Positions 8,723 through 21,801 of a stretch of 64,000 nucleotides of DNA are shown piece after piece. The first letter of the stretch is position 1, and the number at the start of each line of letters is the position of its first letter. The DNA is from Anaeramoeba ignava BMAN (taxonomy: Eukaryota > Protista > Anaeramoebae). Location: assembly GCA_028826165.1 (NCBI GenBank), contig JAPDFW010000053.1, positions 372,001-436,000 of the forward strand. Reading direction: 5' to 3'. The notes beneath the pieces are model-generated. The model did not search any database. It was not told where the DNA came from and saw only the letters and a list, made by a program, of their open reading frames with translations. The position numbers and the translations under genes were made by a program.

Positions 8723-11700
8723 AAATCAATAATTAATAATCAATAATCAATAATTAATAATCAATAATCAATAATCAATAATCAATAATCAATAATCAAT
8801 AATTAATAATCAATAATTAATAATCAATAATTAATCAATAATTAATAATTAATAATTAATAATCAATAATTAATAATCAATATTTAATAATTAATAATCA
8901 ATATTTAATAATTAATAATCAATAATCAATAATCAATAATTAATATTTAATAATCAATAATTAATAATCAATAATTAATTATTAATAATTAATAATTAAT
9001 AATCAATAATAAATAATTAATAATCAATATTCAATAATTCAATTATCAATAATAATAATCAATAATTAATAATTAATAATCAATAATTAATAATCAATAA
9101 TCAATAATTAATATTTAATAATCAATAATCAATATTCAATAATCAATATTTAATAATCAATAATCAATCAATATTAATAATCAATAATTAATAATCAATA
9201 ATTAATAATCAATAATTAATATTCAATATCAATAATCAATAATCAATAATAATAATAATTAATAATCAACAATTAATAATAATAATTAATAATCAATAAT
9301 TAATAATCAATAATCAATAATCAATAATAATTAATAATCAATAATCAATAATAAATAATTAATCAATAATAATAATCAATAATCAATAATCAATAATTTA
9401 ATAATTAATAATAATAATAATTAATCAATAATTATAATAATAATAATTAATAATAATAATAAATTAATAATCAATAATCAATACAATAATTAATAATCAA
9501 TAATTAATAATAATAATTAATTTAATAATAATAATAATCATTACCAATCAAATAAATAATCAAATAATAAATAATAAATAATCAATCAATAAGCCAATAA
9601 TCAATATTAATAATCAATAATCAATAATCAATAATCAAAATAAATAATTAATAATAATAATCAATAATCAATAATCAATAATCAATAATTAATAATCAAA
9701 TAATCAATAATCAATAATCAATAATAAATAATTAATAATCAATAATCAAATAATCAATAATTAATAATTAATAATCAATAATTAATAATCAATAATCAAT
9801 AATCAATATTAATAATAATCAATAATTAATCAATAATCAATAATAATAATAATTAATAATTAATAATCAATAATCAATAATAATTAATAATCAATCAAAT
9901 AATCAATCAATCAATAACAATTCAATAATCAATGTCACAATAATCAATAATCAATAATCAATAATAATAATAATAATCAATCAATCAATAATCAATAATA
10001 ATCAATAAGTAATAATAATAATAATAATAATCAATAATCAATAATAATAATAAATCAATAATCAAATCAATAATCAATAATTTAATAATAATCAATAATT
10101 AATCAAAAACAATAATCAATATCAAATAATCAATAATCAATTAAATAATAATCATAATAATCAATAATCAATAATCAATAATCAATAATCAATAATTAAT
10201 AATTAATAATCAATAATCAAATAATCAATAAATAATTAATAATAATACAATAATTAATAATAATAATAATAATTAATAATCAATAATTAATAATAATAAT
10301 CAATAATTAATAATAATAATATTTAATAATAAATAATAATATTAATAATAATTTAATAATAATAATAATTAATAATTAATAATCAATAATCAATCAATAA
10401 TTAATAATAATAATTTAGTATTTAATAATCACAATAATAATAATCATTAATAATTTAATAATGTCAATAATTAATAAATAATCAAATAAATAATCAATAA
10501 TAATAATAATTAATAATCAATAATAATTAATAATTTATAATTAATAATCAATAATTAATAATAATAAATAATAATAATAATTAATAATTAATATTAATAA
10601 TAATATTTTAATCAATAAATAATAAATTAATAATTAATAATAATCAATAATTAATAATCAATCAATATCAATAATTATTAATAATTAATAATAATTAATA
10701 ATCAATAATCAATAATAATAATAATCATTTAATAATAAATCAATAATCAATAATAATAATTAATAATCCCCCAATAATTAATAATAATAATTAATAATTA
10801 ATAATTAATAATAAAATTAATAATAATAATAAATATCAATAATCAATAATTAATAACAATAATTAATAATGTAATAATAATAATTAATAATCAATCAATA
10901 ATCAATAATCAATAATAAATAATCAATAATCAATATTAATAATAAATAATAATCAATAATAATAATACCAATAATAATAATCAAATACAATAATTAATAA
11001 TTAATAATTAATAATTAATAATTAATAATTAATAATTAATATCAAATATTTAATAATCAATAATCAATAATAATAATAAATAATAATAATTAATAATTTA
11101 ATAATCAATAATAAATAATAATCAATAAATTAATATTCAATAATCAATAATCAATAATCAATAATAATAGTAATAATCAATAATCAATAATCAATCAATC
11201 AATAATCAATAATCAATAATCAATAATAACAATCAATAATCAATAATCAATAATCAAATTAATAATCAATAATCAATAATCAATAATCAATAATTAATAA
11301 TAATAATTAATCAATAATAATAATAATTAATAATTAATAATCAATAATCATCAATAATACAATAATAAATAATAATAATCAATAATAATCAATAACAATA
11401 ATCAATAATAATAATTTAATAATCAATAATTAATAATAATTAATAATTAATAATTTCAATCAATAATCAATTAATAATCAATAATCAATAATCAATAATT
11501 AATAATCAATACAATTAATATTTTTTAATAATTAATATAATAATTAATAATTAATAATTAATAATAAATCAATATTAATAATAATAATTAATAATCAATA
11601 ATCAATAATCAAATATTAAATAATTAATAATCAATAATTAATAATCAATAATCAATAATCAATAATAATAATACCAATAATAATCAATCAATAATAATAA

Positions 11701-12535
11701 TAATCAATAATCAATAATAATCAATCAACAATCAATAATTAAGCCAATATTAATCAATCAAATAATAATCAATAATCAATAATAAATAATCAATAATCAC
11801 CATTAACAATCAATCAATAATCAATAATAATCAATAATTTACAATCAATAATCAATAATCAATAATTAAAATCAATAATTAATAATCAATAATCAATAAT
11901 AATAATCAATGGTAATAATCAATAATCAATAATTAATAATAATAACAATCAATAATAATAATTAATAATCAATAATTTAATATTCAATAATACAATATTT
12001 AATATTTAATAATTAATAATTAATATTTAATAATTAATAATCAATAATCAATAATCAATATTTAATAATCAATAATTAATAATTAATAATTAATAATAAA
12101 ATAATCAATAATCACATAATAATTAATAATAATCAATAATCAATAATCAATAATCACAATCAATAATCAATAATTAATAAAATCAATAATCAATAATAAA
12201 TAATCAATAATCAATAATCAATAATCAATAATCAATAATTAATAATCAATATTTCAATAATCAATAATCAATATTCAATAATTAATAATTAATAATCAAT
12301 AATTAATAATCAATAATCAATAATCAAAATTAATAATAAATAATAATCATAATCAATAATCAATAAATAATCAATAATCAATAATTAATATTTAATAATT
12401 AATAATCAATAATAAATAATTAATAATAAATAATCAATAATTAATAATCAATAATAAATAATCAATAATCAATATTTAATAATCAATAATCAATAATTAA
12501 TATTTAATAATTAATAATCAATAATCAATAATCAA
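8723..12535 (+). repeat. ~3.8-kb intergenic (AATAATC/AATAATT)n heptamer-based satellite
   Basis: Direct reading; almost no G on the + strand; more regular at the ends and degenerate in the middle. Confidence 0.9.
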
Positions 12536-12877
12536 AATCCAAAAACAAAAAAAATAAAAAAAAATCCATAATTTAAAAATTTTTTTAAAAAAAAAATAAA
12601 TTTATAAATTAAAATTTTTAATAAATTTATTAGTCTTTGGTAACCCTAAAGACTGCAACTCTTTTAGTTATTTACTAGAATCAATGAAGAAAATTTCTCA
12701 ACGATGCTTTTTTTAATTGTAATTTAAAAACAAATAAAAATAAAATCATCGATAAAATTTAAAAGTTTTTCCAAAGTGAAAAACACTGAGATTCTCTTTT
12801 AAATTTTTTTATTTTTTTTTTTTTAAATTTTAATTTATTTTGGAATTTTTTTTTCATTTTTTTATTTAAAAATTTAA

Positions 12878-15800
12878 ATGGGAAATTATCAAGAACAAAT
12901 TAATTGCGTTTTGAATCAAATACCACTTTCAATTATCTTTATTTCTAAAAATGATCAAATTGGGGTTTATCTCACTAATTTACAAACTGGAAAACTTTTT
13001 TCATGTGTTTTTCAAGATAATAAATCACAAAATTTTCAAGAATCAATTATTTTGGTTAAACAAGGATTTGGTATTTATAAAGAAAATGATAATTTGGCTT
13101 TTCTACGACCTTTAGGTTGGAACTTTGATATTCAACTTTTTCAATGCCAATATTTCCCACAAGAAGTTATTCAAGTTTATTCACAAACCCAACAACAAAA
13201 AAATTTAGGAAATGTTTCAAATCAAGATCAATTCCCAAACCAATTCTCAAACCAATTCTCAAACCAATATCAAAATCAATATCAAAATCAATATCAATAT
13301 CAAAATCAATATCAAAATCAAAATCAAAATCAATATCAAAATCAAAATCAAAATCAAAATCAATATCAAAATCAAAATCAATATCAAAAACAACCCAAAA
13401 TCAAAACCAAAGAGTTTATTGAAAATCCAAGAAGAAAAATTAATATGAAAAGAATTAATATTATTAAAGGATGGTATGGAGATCCTAATAATTTATTTGG
13501 AGAAAGAGGATATGATGTAACTAAAAAACTTCAAGAAATTACAAATCAAAACAATGGAAATCTTATTATTGAAGCATCTACTTCATTTAATTCATTATTT
13601 GGAGATCCACTTCATGGAGTTCTTAAAACTTTGGTTATTGAATATTCCAAAATTCCATTAACACCAAGTTATGACCAACCTAGAAACATAAACAAAACTA
13701 AAACCAAAGAGTTTATTGAAAATCCAAGAAGAAAAATTAATATTAAAAGAATTAATATTATTAAAGGATGGTATGGAGATCCTAATAATTTATTTGGAGA
13801 AAGAGGATATGATGTAACTAAAAAACTTCAAGAAATTACAAATCGAAATAATGGAAATCTTATTATTGAATCATCTACTTCATTTAATTCATTATTTGGA
13901 GATCCACTTCATGGAGTTCTTAAAACTTTGGTTATTGAATTTTCCAAAATTCCATTAACACCAAGTTATGATCAACCTAGAAACATAAACAAAACTAAAA
14001 CCAAAGAATTTATTGAAAATCCAAGAAGAAAAATTAATATTAAAAGAATTAATATTATTAAAGGATGGTATGGAGATCCTAATAACTTATTTGGAGAAAG
14101 AGGATATGATGTAACTAAAAAACTTCAAGAAATTACAAATCAAAATAATGGAAATCTTATTATTGAAGCATCTACTTCATTTAATTCATTATTTGGAGAT
14201 CCACTTCATGGAGTTCTTAAAACTTTAGTTATTGAATTTTCCAAAATTCCATTAACACCAAGTTATGATCAACCTAGAAACAGAAACAAAACTAAAACCA
14301 AAGAGTTTATTGAAAATCCAAGAAGAAAAATCAATATGAAAAGAATTAATATTATTAAAGGATGGTATGGAGATCCTAATAACTTATTTGGAGAAAAAGG
14401 ATATGATGTAACCAAAAAACTTCAAGAACTTACAAATCAAAACAATGGAAATCTTATTATTAAATCAAATGTTTCATTTAATTCATTATTTGGAGATCCA
14501 GTTCATGGAGTTCTTAAAATTTTGGTTATTGAATTTTCCAAAATTCCATTAACACCAAGTTACTTTCCATATAATCAACCTAGAAACAGAAACAAAACTA
14601 AAACCAAAGAATTTATTGAAAATCCAAGAAGAAAAATTAATATGAAAAGAATTAACATTATTAAAGGATGGTATGGAGATCCTAATAACTTATTTGGAGA
14701 AAAAGGATATGATGTAACCAAAAAACTTCAAGAACTTACAAATCAAAACAATGGAAATCTTATTATTGAATCATCTACTTCATTTAATTCATTATTTGGA
14801 GATCCAGTTCATGGAGTTCTTAAAACTTTAGTTATTGAATTTTCCAAAATTCCATTAACACCAAGTTATGATCAACCTAGAAACAAAAACAAAACTAAAA
14901 CCAAAGAATTTATTGAAAATCCAAGAAGAAAAATCAATATTAAAAGAATCAATATTATTAAAGGATGGTATGGAGATCCTAATAATTTATTTGGAGAAAA
15001 AGGATATGATGTAACTAAAAAACTTCAAGAAATTACAAATCAAAACAATGGAAATCTTATTATTGAATCATCTACTTCATTTAATTCATTATTTGGAGAT
15101 CCACTTTATGGAGTTCTTAAAACTTTAGTTATTGAATTTTCCAAAATTCCATTAGCAACAAGTTATGATCAACCTAGAAACAGAAACAAAACTAAAACCA
15201 AAGAATTTATTGAAAATCCAAGAAGAAAAATTAATATGAAAAGAATTAATATTATTAAAGGATGGTATGGAGATCCTAATAACTTATTTGGAGAAAAAGG
15301 ATATGATGTAACTAAAAAACTTCAAGAAATTACAAATCAAAACAATGGAAATCTTATTATTAAATCAGATGTTTCATTTAATTCATTATTTGGAGATCCA
15401 CTTCATGGAGTTCTTAAAACTTTAGTTATTGAATTTTCCAAAATTGAATCAGGAACAGATAATTTTGATTATTCACAAAGACCTAAAATCAGATCTAAAA
15501 CCAAAGAATTTATTGAAAATCCAAGAAGAAAAATTAATATGAAAAGAATTAATATTATTAAAGGATGGTATGGAGATCCTAATAATTTATTTGGACAAAG
15601 AGGATATGATGTAACTAAAAAACTTCAAGAAATTACAAATCAAAACAATGGAAATCTTATTATTGAATCATCTACTTCATTTAATTCATTATTTGGAGAT
15701 CCAGTTCATGGAGTTCTTAAAATTTTAGTTATTGAATATTCCAAAATTCCATTAACACCAACTCAACCACCATATTCAGTTTCACTTGATGGCTTTTTCT

Positions 15801-16099
15801 ACTCGTGTGTTACTTGGCCTTATCTTAATCAATATCAAAATCCTTCAGGAGGTTTTGCAAAATGTAATCTCCCTGTTTCAAATTTTGGAGAGATTGATCT
15901 CAATTTCAATTTTGGTTTTGGTGAATACAATATTTGTGTTCATTTTTCACTTCAAGATGAAAATGGATTTTGTGTTGGAAAGCTTATTGGACAAACAAAT
16001 CAAATTTTTCTAACTGAAGCAGCAATTCAAAATGGATGGAGATTAGAAAACAGAAGAATTTATCCACCTTCTTCATTTTTTCTCAATTTTAAGAAATGA
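12878..16099 (+). CDS. 1073-aa protein with eight ~99-aa tandem DUF3395/cysteine-free SUEL-lectin-like domains
   Basis: Intronless ORF. Unit motif IIKGWYGDP..GYDVTKKLQE..LII..SFNSLFGDP.HGVLKTLVIEF/Y resembles I..A.YG..DVT..LQ..FGDP..G..K.L.V.Y of DUF3395/SUEL folds; 297-bp period; QN-rich linker; no signal peptide. Confidence 0.75.
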   Translation: MGNYQEQINCVLNQIPLSIIFISKNDQIGVYLTNLQTGKLFSCVFQDNKSQNFQESIILVKQGFGIYKENDNLAFLRPLGWNFDIQLFQCQYFPQEVIQVYSQTQQQKNLGNVSNQDQFPNQFSNQFSNQYQNQYQNQYQYQNQYQNQNQNQYQNQNQNQNQYQNQNQYQKQPKIKTKEFIENPRRKINMKRINIIKGWYGDPNNLFGERGYDVTKKLQEITNQNNGNLIIEASTSFNSLFGDPLHGVLKTLVIEYSKIPLTPSYDQPRNINKTKTKEFIENPRRKINIKRINIIKGWYGDPNNLFGERGYDVTKKLQEITNRNNGNLIIESSTSFNSLFGDPLHGVLKTLVIEFSKIPLTPSYDQPRNINKTKTKEFIENPRRKINIKRINIIKGWYGDPNNLFGERGYDVTKKLQEITNQNNGNLIIEASTSFNSLFGDPLHGVLKTLVIEFSKIPLTPSYDQPRNRNKTKTKEFIENPRRKINMKRINIIKGWYGDPNNLFGEKGYDVTKKLQELTNQNNGNLIIKSNVSFNSLFGDPVHGVLKILVIEFSKIPLTPSYFPYNQPRNRNKTKTKEFIENPRRKINMKRINIIKGWYGDPNNLFGEKGYDVTKKLQELTNQNNGNLIIESSTSFNSLFGDPVHGVLKTLVIEFSKIPLTPSYDQPRNKNKTKTKEFIENPRRKINIKRINIIKGWYGDPNNLFGEKGYDVTKKLQEITNQNNGNLIIESSTSFNSLFGDPLYGVLKTLVIEFSKIPLATSYDQPRNRNKTKTKEFIENPRRKINMKRINIIKGWYGDPNNLFGEKGYDVTKKLQEITNQNNGNLIIKSDVSFNSLFGDPLHGVLKTLVIEFSKIESGTDNFDYSQRPKIRSKTKEFIENPRRKINMKRINIIKGWYGDPNNLFGQRGYDVTKKLQEITNQNNGNLIIESSTSFNSLFGDPVHGVLKILVIEYSKIPLTPTQPPYSVSLDGFFYSCVTWPYLNQYQNPSGGFAKCNLPVSNFGEIDLNFNFGFGEYNICVHFSLQDENGFCVGKLIGQTNQIFLTEAAIQNGWRLENRRIYPPSSFFLNFKK
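13403..15760 (+). repeat. Eight coding tandem repeats of ~297 bp
   Basis: KTKEFIENPRRKIN recurs 8 times (first two at 13403 and 13700). Confidence 0.95.
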
Positions 16100-16230
16100 T
16101 TTTTTTTAATTCCTTTTTTTTTTTTTTTTTTTGATTTTCCCGAAAAGAAAAAAAATTTTTTCCTTTTAAAAAAATTATTAATTTTTATTTTAATTTTTAT
16201 TTTTTAGAAGAAGTAAAATGAAAAATTGGT

Positions 16231-19200
16231 TCATTTTACATAAGAAAATTTTGATTGATTATCAGATAATTTATTCCATTCTCGTAATTCAATAATTGTT
16301 GGAGAATCTTCAGAAATAGTTGGAGCAACTTCTTTTTTTGCTTGAATAAAATCTTTAGGTAATAATTTTCTCAAATTGATATTTTTTAAAGATTTTTGAA
16401 CTTCATCTGATTTGATTTGAAGAAATTCTCTAACAGGATAATAAGCTGCAGTTGTACATAAATTTTTGAGATCTGAACCAGTATATCCTTGTGTTATTGC
16501 TGCTATTTCATTAAGTTTTACTGAATCATCAAGTTCTTCTTTTTTTAAAATGACTTCAAGAATTTGTTCTCTATTTTGATTATTTGGGAAATCAACAAAA
16601 AGTCTTCGAGGAAATCTTCTTAAAACTGCTTGATCTAAATCAAATGGTCTGTTTGTTGCAGCAAGAACAACTACTTTTTCATATTCATTTGTAGTTAATC
16701 CATCCCACATTTCCATAAACTAATGATAAATAATTTCAAATTTTAAATTTTAAATTTTAAATTTTAATTCTTAATTCTTTAAAATTTACAGTATTTTTGA
16801 TTCTTCTTGTTGCTTCATGTTCGTTTTTTGCTCTCTTACTTAATACAGAATCAACTTCATCAAAAAATATGATGCATGGTGATAATTTACTTGCTAAAGT
16901 GAAAACTGCTTTTGCATATTTTTCTCCTTCTCCAAACCATTTAGAACTAATTGAACTCATGGAAACGTTCAAAAAGTTTGCGTTTGATTCGCTGGCAACA
17001 GCTTTTGCCAACATAGTCTATGATTTATATAATAAATATATAATAAATATTGAATTGAATATTGAATGAATATTAAATAAATATATAATAAATATTAAAT
17101 AAATATTAAATAAATATTGAATAAATATTGAATAAATATTAAATAAATATTAAATAAATATTGAATAAATATTGAATAAATATTGAATAAATATTAAATA
17201 AATATTAAATAAATATTAAATAAATATTAAATGAATATTAAATAAATATTAAATAAATATTGAATTGAATATTAAATAAATATTAAATTGAATATTAAAT
17301 AAATATTAAATAAATATTAAATAAATATTAAATAAATATTAAAATAAATATTAAATAAATATTGAATAAATATTGAATAAATATTAAATAAATATTAAAT
17401 AAATATTAAATAAATATTAAATGAATAAATATTAAATAAATATTAAACAAATAAATATTAAATAAATATTAAATAAATATTAAATAAATATTAAATAAAT
17501 ATTAAATAAATATTAAATAAATATTAAATAAATATTAAATAAATATTAAATAAATATTAAATAAATATTGAATAAATATTAAATAAATATTAAATAAATA
17601 TTGAAAAATAAATATAAATAAAATAAATATTAAATAAATATTGAATAAATATTAAATAAATATTAAATAAATATTAAATAAAATTAAATAAATATTAAAT
17701 AAATATTAAATAAATATTGAATAAATAAAAAATAAATATTAAATAAATATTGAATAAATATTAAATAAATATTGAATAAAATGTCCGTTATTAAATAAAT
17801 ATTAAAAATAAATATTAAAATAAATATTAAAAAAAATTAAATAAATATAAAAAAATAAATATTAAATAAATATTAAATAAATATTAAATTGAATATTAAA
17901 TAAATATTAAATAAATATTAAATAAATATTAAATAAATATTAAATAAATATTAAAATAAATATTAAATATTGAATAAATATTGAATAAATATTAAATAAA
18001 TATTAAATAAAATTGAATATTAAAATAAATATTAAATAAATATTAAATAAATATTAAATAAATATTAAATAAATATTAAATAAATATTAAATAAATATTA
18101 AATAAATATTAAATAAATATTAAATAAATATTAAATAAATATTAAAATAAAATTGAATAAATAAAATTAAATAAATATTAAATAAATATTGAATAAATAT
18201 TAAATAAATATTAAATAAATATTGGGAATATTAAATAAATATTAAATAAATATTAAATAAATATTAAATAAATATTAAATAAATATTGAATAAATATTAA
18301 ATAAATATTAAATAAATATTGAATAAATATTAAATAAATATTAAATAAATATTAAATAAATATTGAATAAATATATAATAAATATTGAATAAATATTGAA
18401 TAAATATTAAATAAATATTGAATTGAATATTAAATAAATATTGAATTGAATAAATATTGAATTGAATATTGAATTGAATATTGAATTGAATATTGAATTT
18501 GATTTTTGATTTTTGATTTTTGATTTTTGATTTTTGATTTTGATTTTGTTAAAATTTTACCTTTCCAGTTCCTGGTGGTCCATATAAAAGAATTCCCTAA
18601 TATAAAATTAAAATTAAAATTAAAATTAAAATGAAAATTAAAATCAAAATTAAAATTAAAATTAAAATGAAAATGAAAATGAAAATCAAAATTAAAATTA
18701 AAAATAAAATTAAAATTAAAATTAAAATTAAAAATAAAATACTTTGCACGGCTTTGCTAAATTTCCTCTTCTAAATAACTCAGGTCTGTTTAAAGGCAAA
18801 ACAACTAATTCATTCAGAACTTCTTTTATTGATTCTAAAGCACCAATATTTTCAAAACAGACTCCAGTACTTTCGGGTGGAATCACATCGGAATATAATT
18901 TCATTTCAAATTCATTTTCAAAATCAATTTGTGTGATTTCCTTCTTTTGACGGAAATAAGTTTCACTTAGTTTGTTCCAACCATTTTCAAGATCATGTTT
19001 AGAAAGAATAATGTTATCATCTGCGATATTTTCATTTTTGGATTTGAAGTTAGAAATTGATTGAGAAATTAAATGAGGGATAAAGTGATTATCGATCAAT
19101 TTTTCTTTCATAAACGAAATTTTTTGCATTTTTTCATTCAAAGAATTGGGGATTTTCCAATCAGTTTCTAAAGGGAAATCAATTATTGAAATGTTAATTG

Positions 19201-21285
19201 TTTGAACATATTTTTTGATGTTGTTGTAATTTCGAGCAAAATTAAATATTTTGATATCTTCCCTGATGCATTCTTTCCAATTTTCGAGATCAGTTGGATT
19301 ATTTTGGCTTGCGAATGTAATCACCTCGTTTTTTCCAAACAAGTTATGAAGCTGAAAAAAAACAGAAGCAACGTTCATTTGCTCTACATCTCTGGGCTTT
19401 TTGGAAAGAGAATTTTTGGAAGATTTCGCAAAAGGAAGACTTTGCGAACTATCTTGGAAATTGATTCTTGAAGAAAGAACTGTGTGGAGTCTGTCGATAA
19501 ACTTAATATAGCATTTGATACGCGAATTTGATGTTGATTTAAGATATTGATTCAATATATTTTTTTCTTCCAAATTCGACACTCCGCTGTAAGTTCTGTC
19601 TTCCATTCCTTTGATTGGGACAATATATTTTATATCGCCAACAAGTGGCTGAGAATTTTCGATTGATTCTTCTTGGTGCAAATTGGCGTTTTTCTTCATA
19701 TTTTTATATTCAGCCAGAATTTGACTTGATTCAACACTCCCAATAATAACCACTCTTGATCCTTGAGTGTTTTGGAATATTTTCCTCCATTCTTCAATGA
19801 AGTTGTCATTTTTGCCAATGTATCTGTCGATATGTCTGATAAAAATGACCAAGGGAGATCTGTTAAATCTTAATAAAAAATTGTTCAATTTGTGGAAAAA
19901 CATTGCTGATGGTGATCTTTCATCATTCGCATCAACAAGCTGGCTGGAATGAACAAAGAGACCAGTTTTTGGTTTGCAAATTCCTCCAAAATCACTTCCA
20001 AACTCGTGTTGCTTTTCAAAACTAACACCGACCCATTCGCAATCTGCTTTAAATTGAATAACTATTTTGCCAAATTCTCCAACCTTAAGTGAATTGTATA
20101 GCTGATTATATACCACTTCTTGAGATTTTCCAACATATTTCACACGCTGTCCAACATAAAACCGTTTGGAAGATTGCTTTATGTTCTTTTCTGAGAAATA
20201 CTCAACCATTTCTTTTTGCTTTTCTTCAGGAAAAAGCTTTCGGATAATTTTGTTATCAGCATCTTCCTTTTCAGCTAAAGATCCTTCCTTTTTCGGAATT
20301 ATCCCGAACAATCCCCCATCAAATAATAGAAAATCTGCGTTAAATCTTTTTGCGCATGCCATTGATAATCTTAATTGATATATTTCAGTTCCACTTTCTC
20401 CAATCAGCAGAATTCTTCCTGAAGTTTCCTTCATTATTTGTGATGAAAGTACTTGCGGTTTCATCAACGGAATTGACATCAAATTTAATAATAAAACAAA
20501 TTGTTTTGTTTTTTCTGGATATTGCAATTCATCAACCCCAAATTCTATGTCGTCTGAATGGTAAAAATAGGGTTGTATTTTTTTATTAAATTCATTATTA
20601 AATTCCTTTTCAAATTCTTTGTTTCTTGGATTTGTTGATCTTTGTAAATTTTTTATATCTTGTATTCGATAAATATTTGGATTATTGATTTGGTTTTCAA
20701 GATGCTTTTGTGTGACAAAAATATAATGATAATTTATTTTTGTTGAAACTATTAAATAATCTCCACTATTTAATTGATTTTTAATTCCAGATTGCAAAAC
20801 TTGTAAATTAACTCTAAGTTTGGCTTTTTTGGCATTTTTTATTTGAATTGTGGTAATAGTTTTTTTTTCTTGATTTTCATTATTTTGAATATTTTCATTA
20901 TTTTGAATATTTTCGTTAATTTGAATATTTTCATTATTTTGAATATTTTCGTTATTTGGAATATTTTCATTATTTTCCAATTCAATAAATGCTTGCTTTT
21001 ATTTATTCAAAAAAAAAAAAAAAAGAAGAAAGAAAATTTATAATTATAAAAATCAATTTTAAAAAAAATTTATAAACTTACTTCTTGTGCAATCTCAATT
21101 TCAAATTCTGTTGATTCTGTTGTTGGAATAAATTCATCTCCTTCTGAATGTTGTGGAACAATTATAAAAGGTGCTTTCCAAATTATAAATGTTTTTGAAT
21201 GATGTGTTAAACCAAATAAAAATGCAATTGGTTTTGGAAATTTATTATTATTTTTATTTTTATTATTTTCTAATTTTTTAATCAT
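16231..21285 (-). CDS. Large Msp1/ATAD1-like AAA+ ATPase (plant-type long form)
   Basis: Exons 21285-21082, 20995-18743, 18596-18561 (GILLYGPPGTGK), 17017-16790, 16719-16231. Walker A/B (IIFFDEVD), pore loop SKWFGEGEK, SRH (ATNRPFDLDQAVLRR); degenerate first AAA (RILLIGESGTEIYQ) and a GQRVKYVG..VGVSF..GSDFGGIC insert as in plant long forms. Confidence 0.9.
17040..18545 (+). repeat. Intronic (TAAATATTAAA/TAAATATTGAA)n 11-mer satellite
   Basis: Fills the 1.5-kb intron 17018-18560 of the AAA gene. Confidence 0.9.
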
Positions 21286-21801
21286 TTTATTTCGGATTTT
21301 CGAATTAATAATTTAAAGATTAATTCTTTTTTATGTTATTATTTTTTTGTGATCAGGAAAATAAAAAGGAAAATAAAAAGGAAAATAAAAAGGAAAATAA
21401 AAAGGAAAATGAAAAATGAAAAAATGAAAAAAAAATGTTTTTCCTTTTTTTGTTTTTATTTTTATTTTTTCCTTTTTAAAATAATTTTGAACAAGAAATA
21501 AAAAAAAAAGGAAAAAAAAAATAGACAAAAAGAAGACAAAATTAAATCTTATCTCCTTTCAATTTAAAATATAAAATTCAAAAAATAAAGAAGGAATTCC
21601 AATTCTAAATTTAATTTAAGATTAAAAAAAAAATTTGGATAATTTAAAATTAATAACGGACAATTTAAATCTAGATCAAACAATTAAAATTTATATTGAA
21701 AAATTTAAATTAAAAAAATTAAAAAAAATTTAAAAAATTAAATTTCATTTTTTTCATTTTTTTTTTATTTTAAAAATTTGAGAATTCTCCTTTTAAATTA
21801 A

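Noticed and set aside
16231-20995. Intein or mobile insertion in the AAA ATPase or other genes
   Set aside because: No C/S...HN-C/S/T splicing motifs or homing endonuclease/transposase signatures seen; the interruptions are GT-AG introns.
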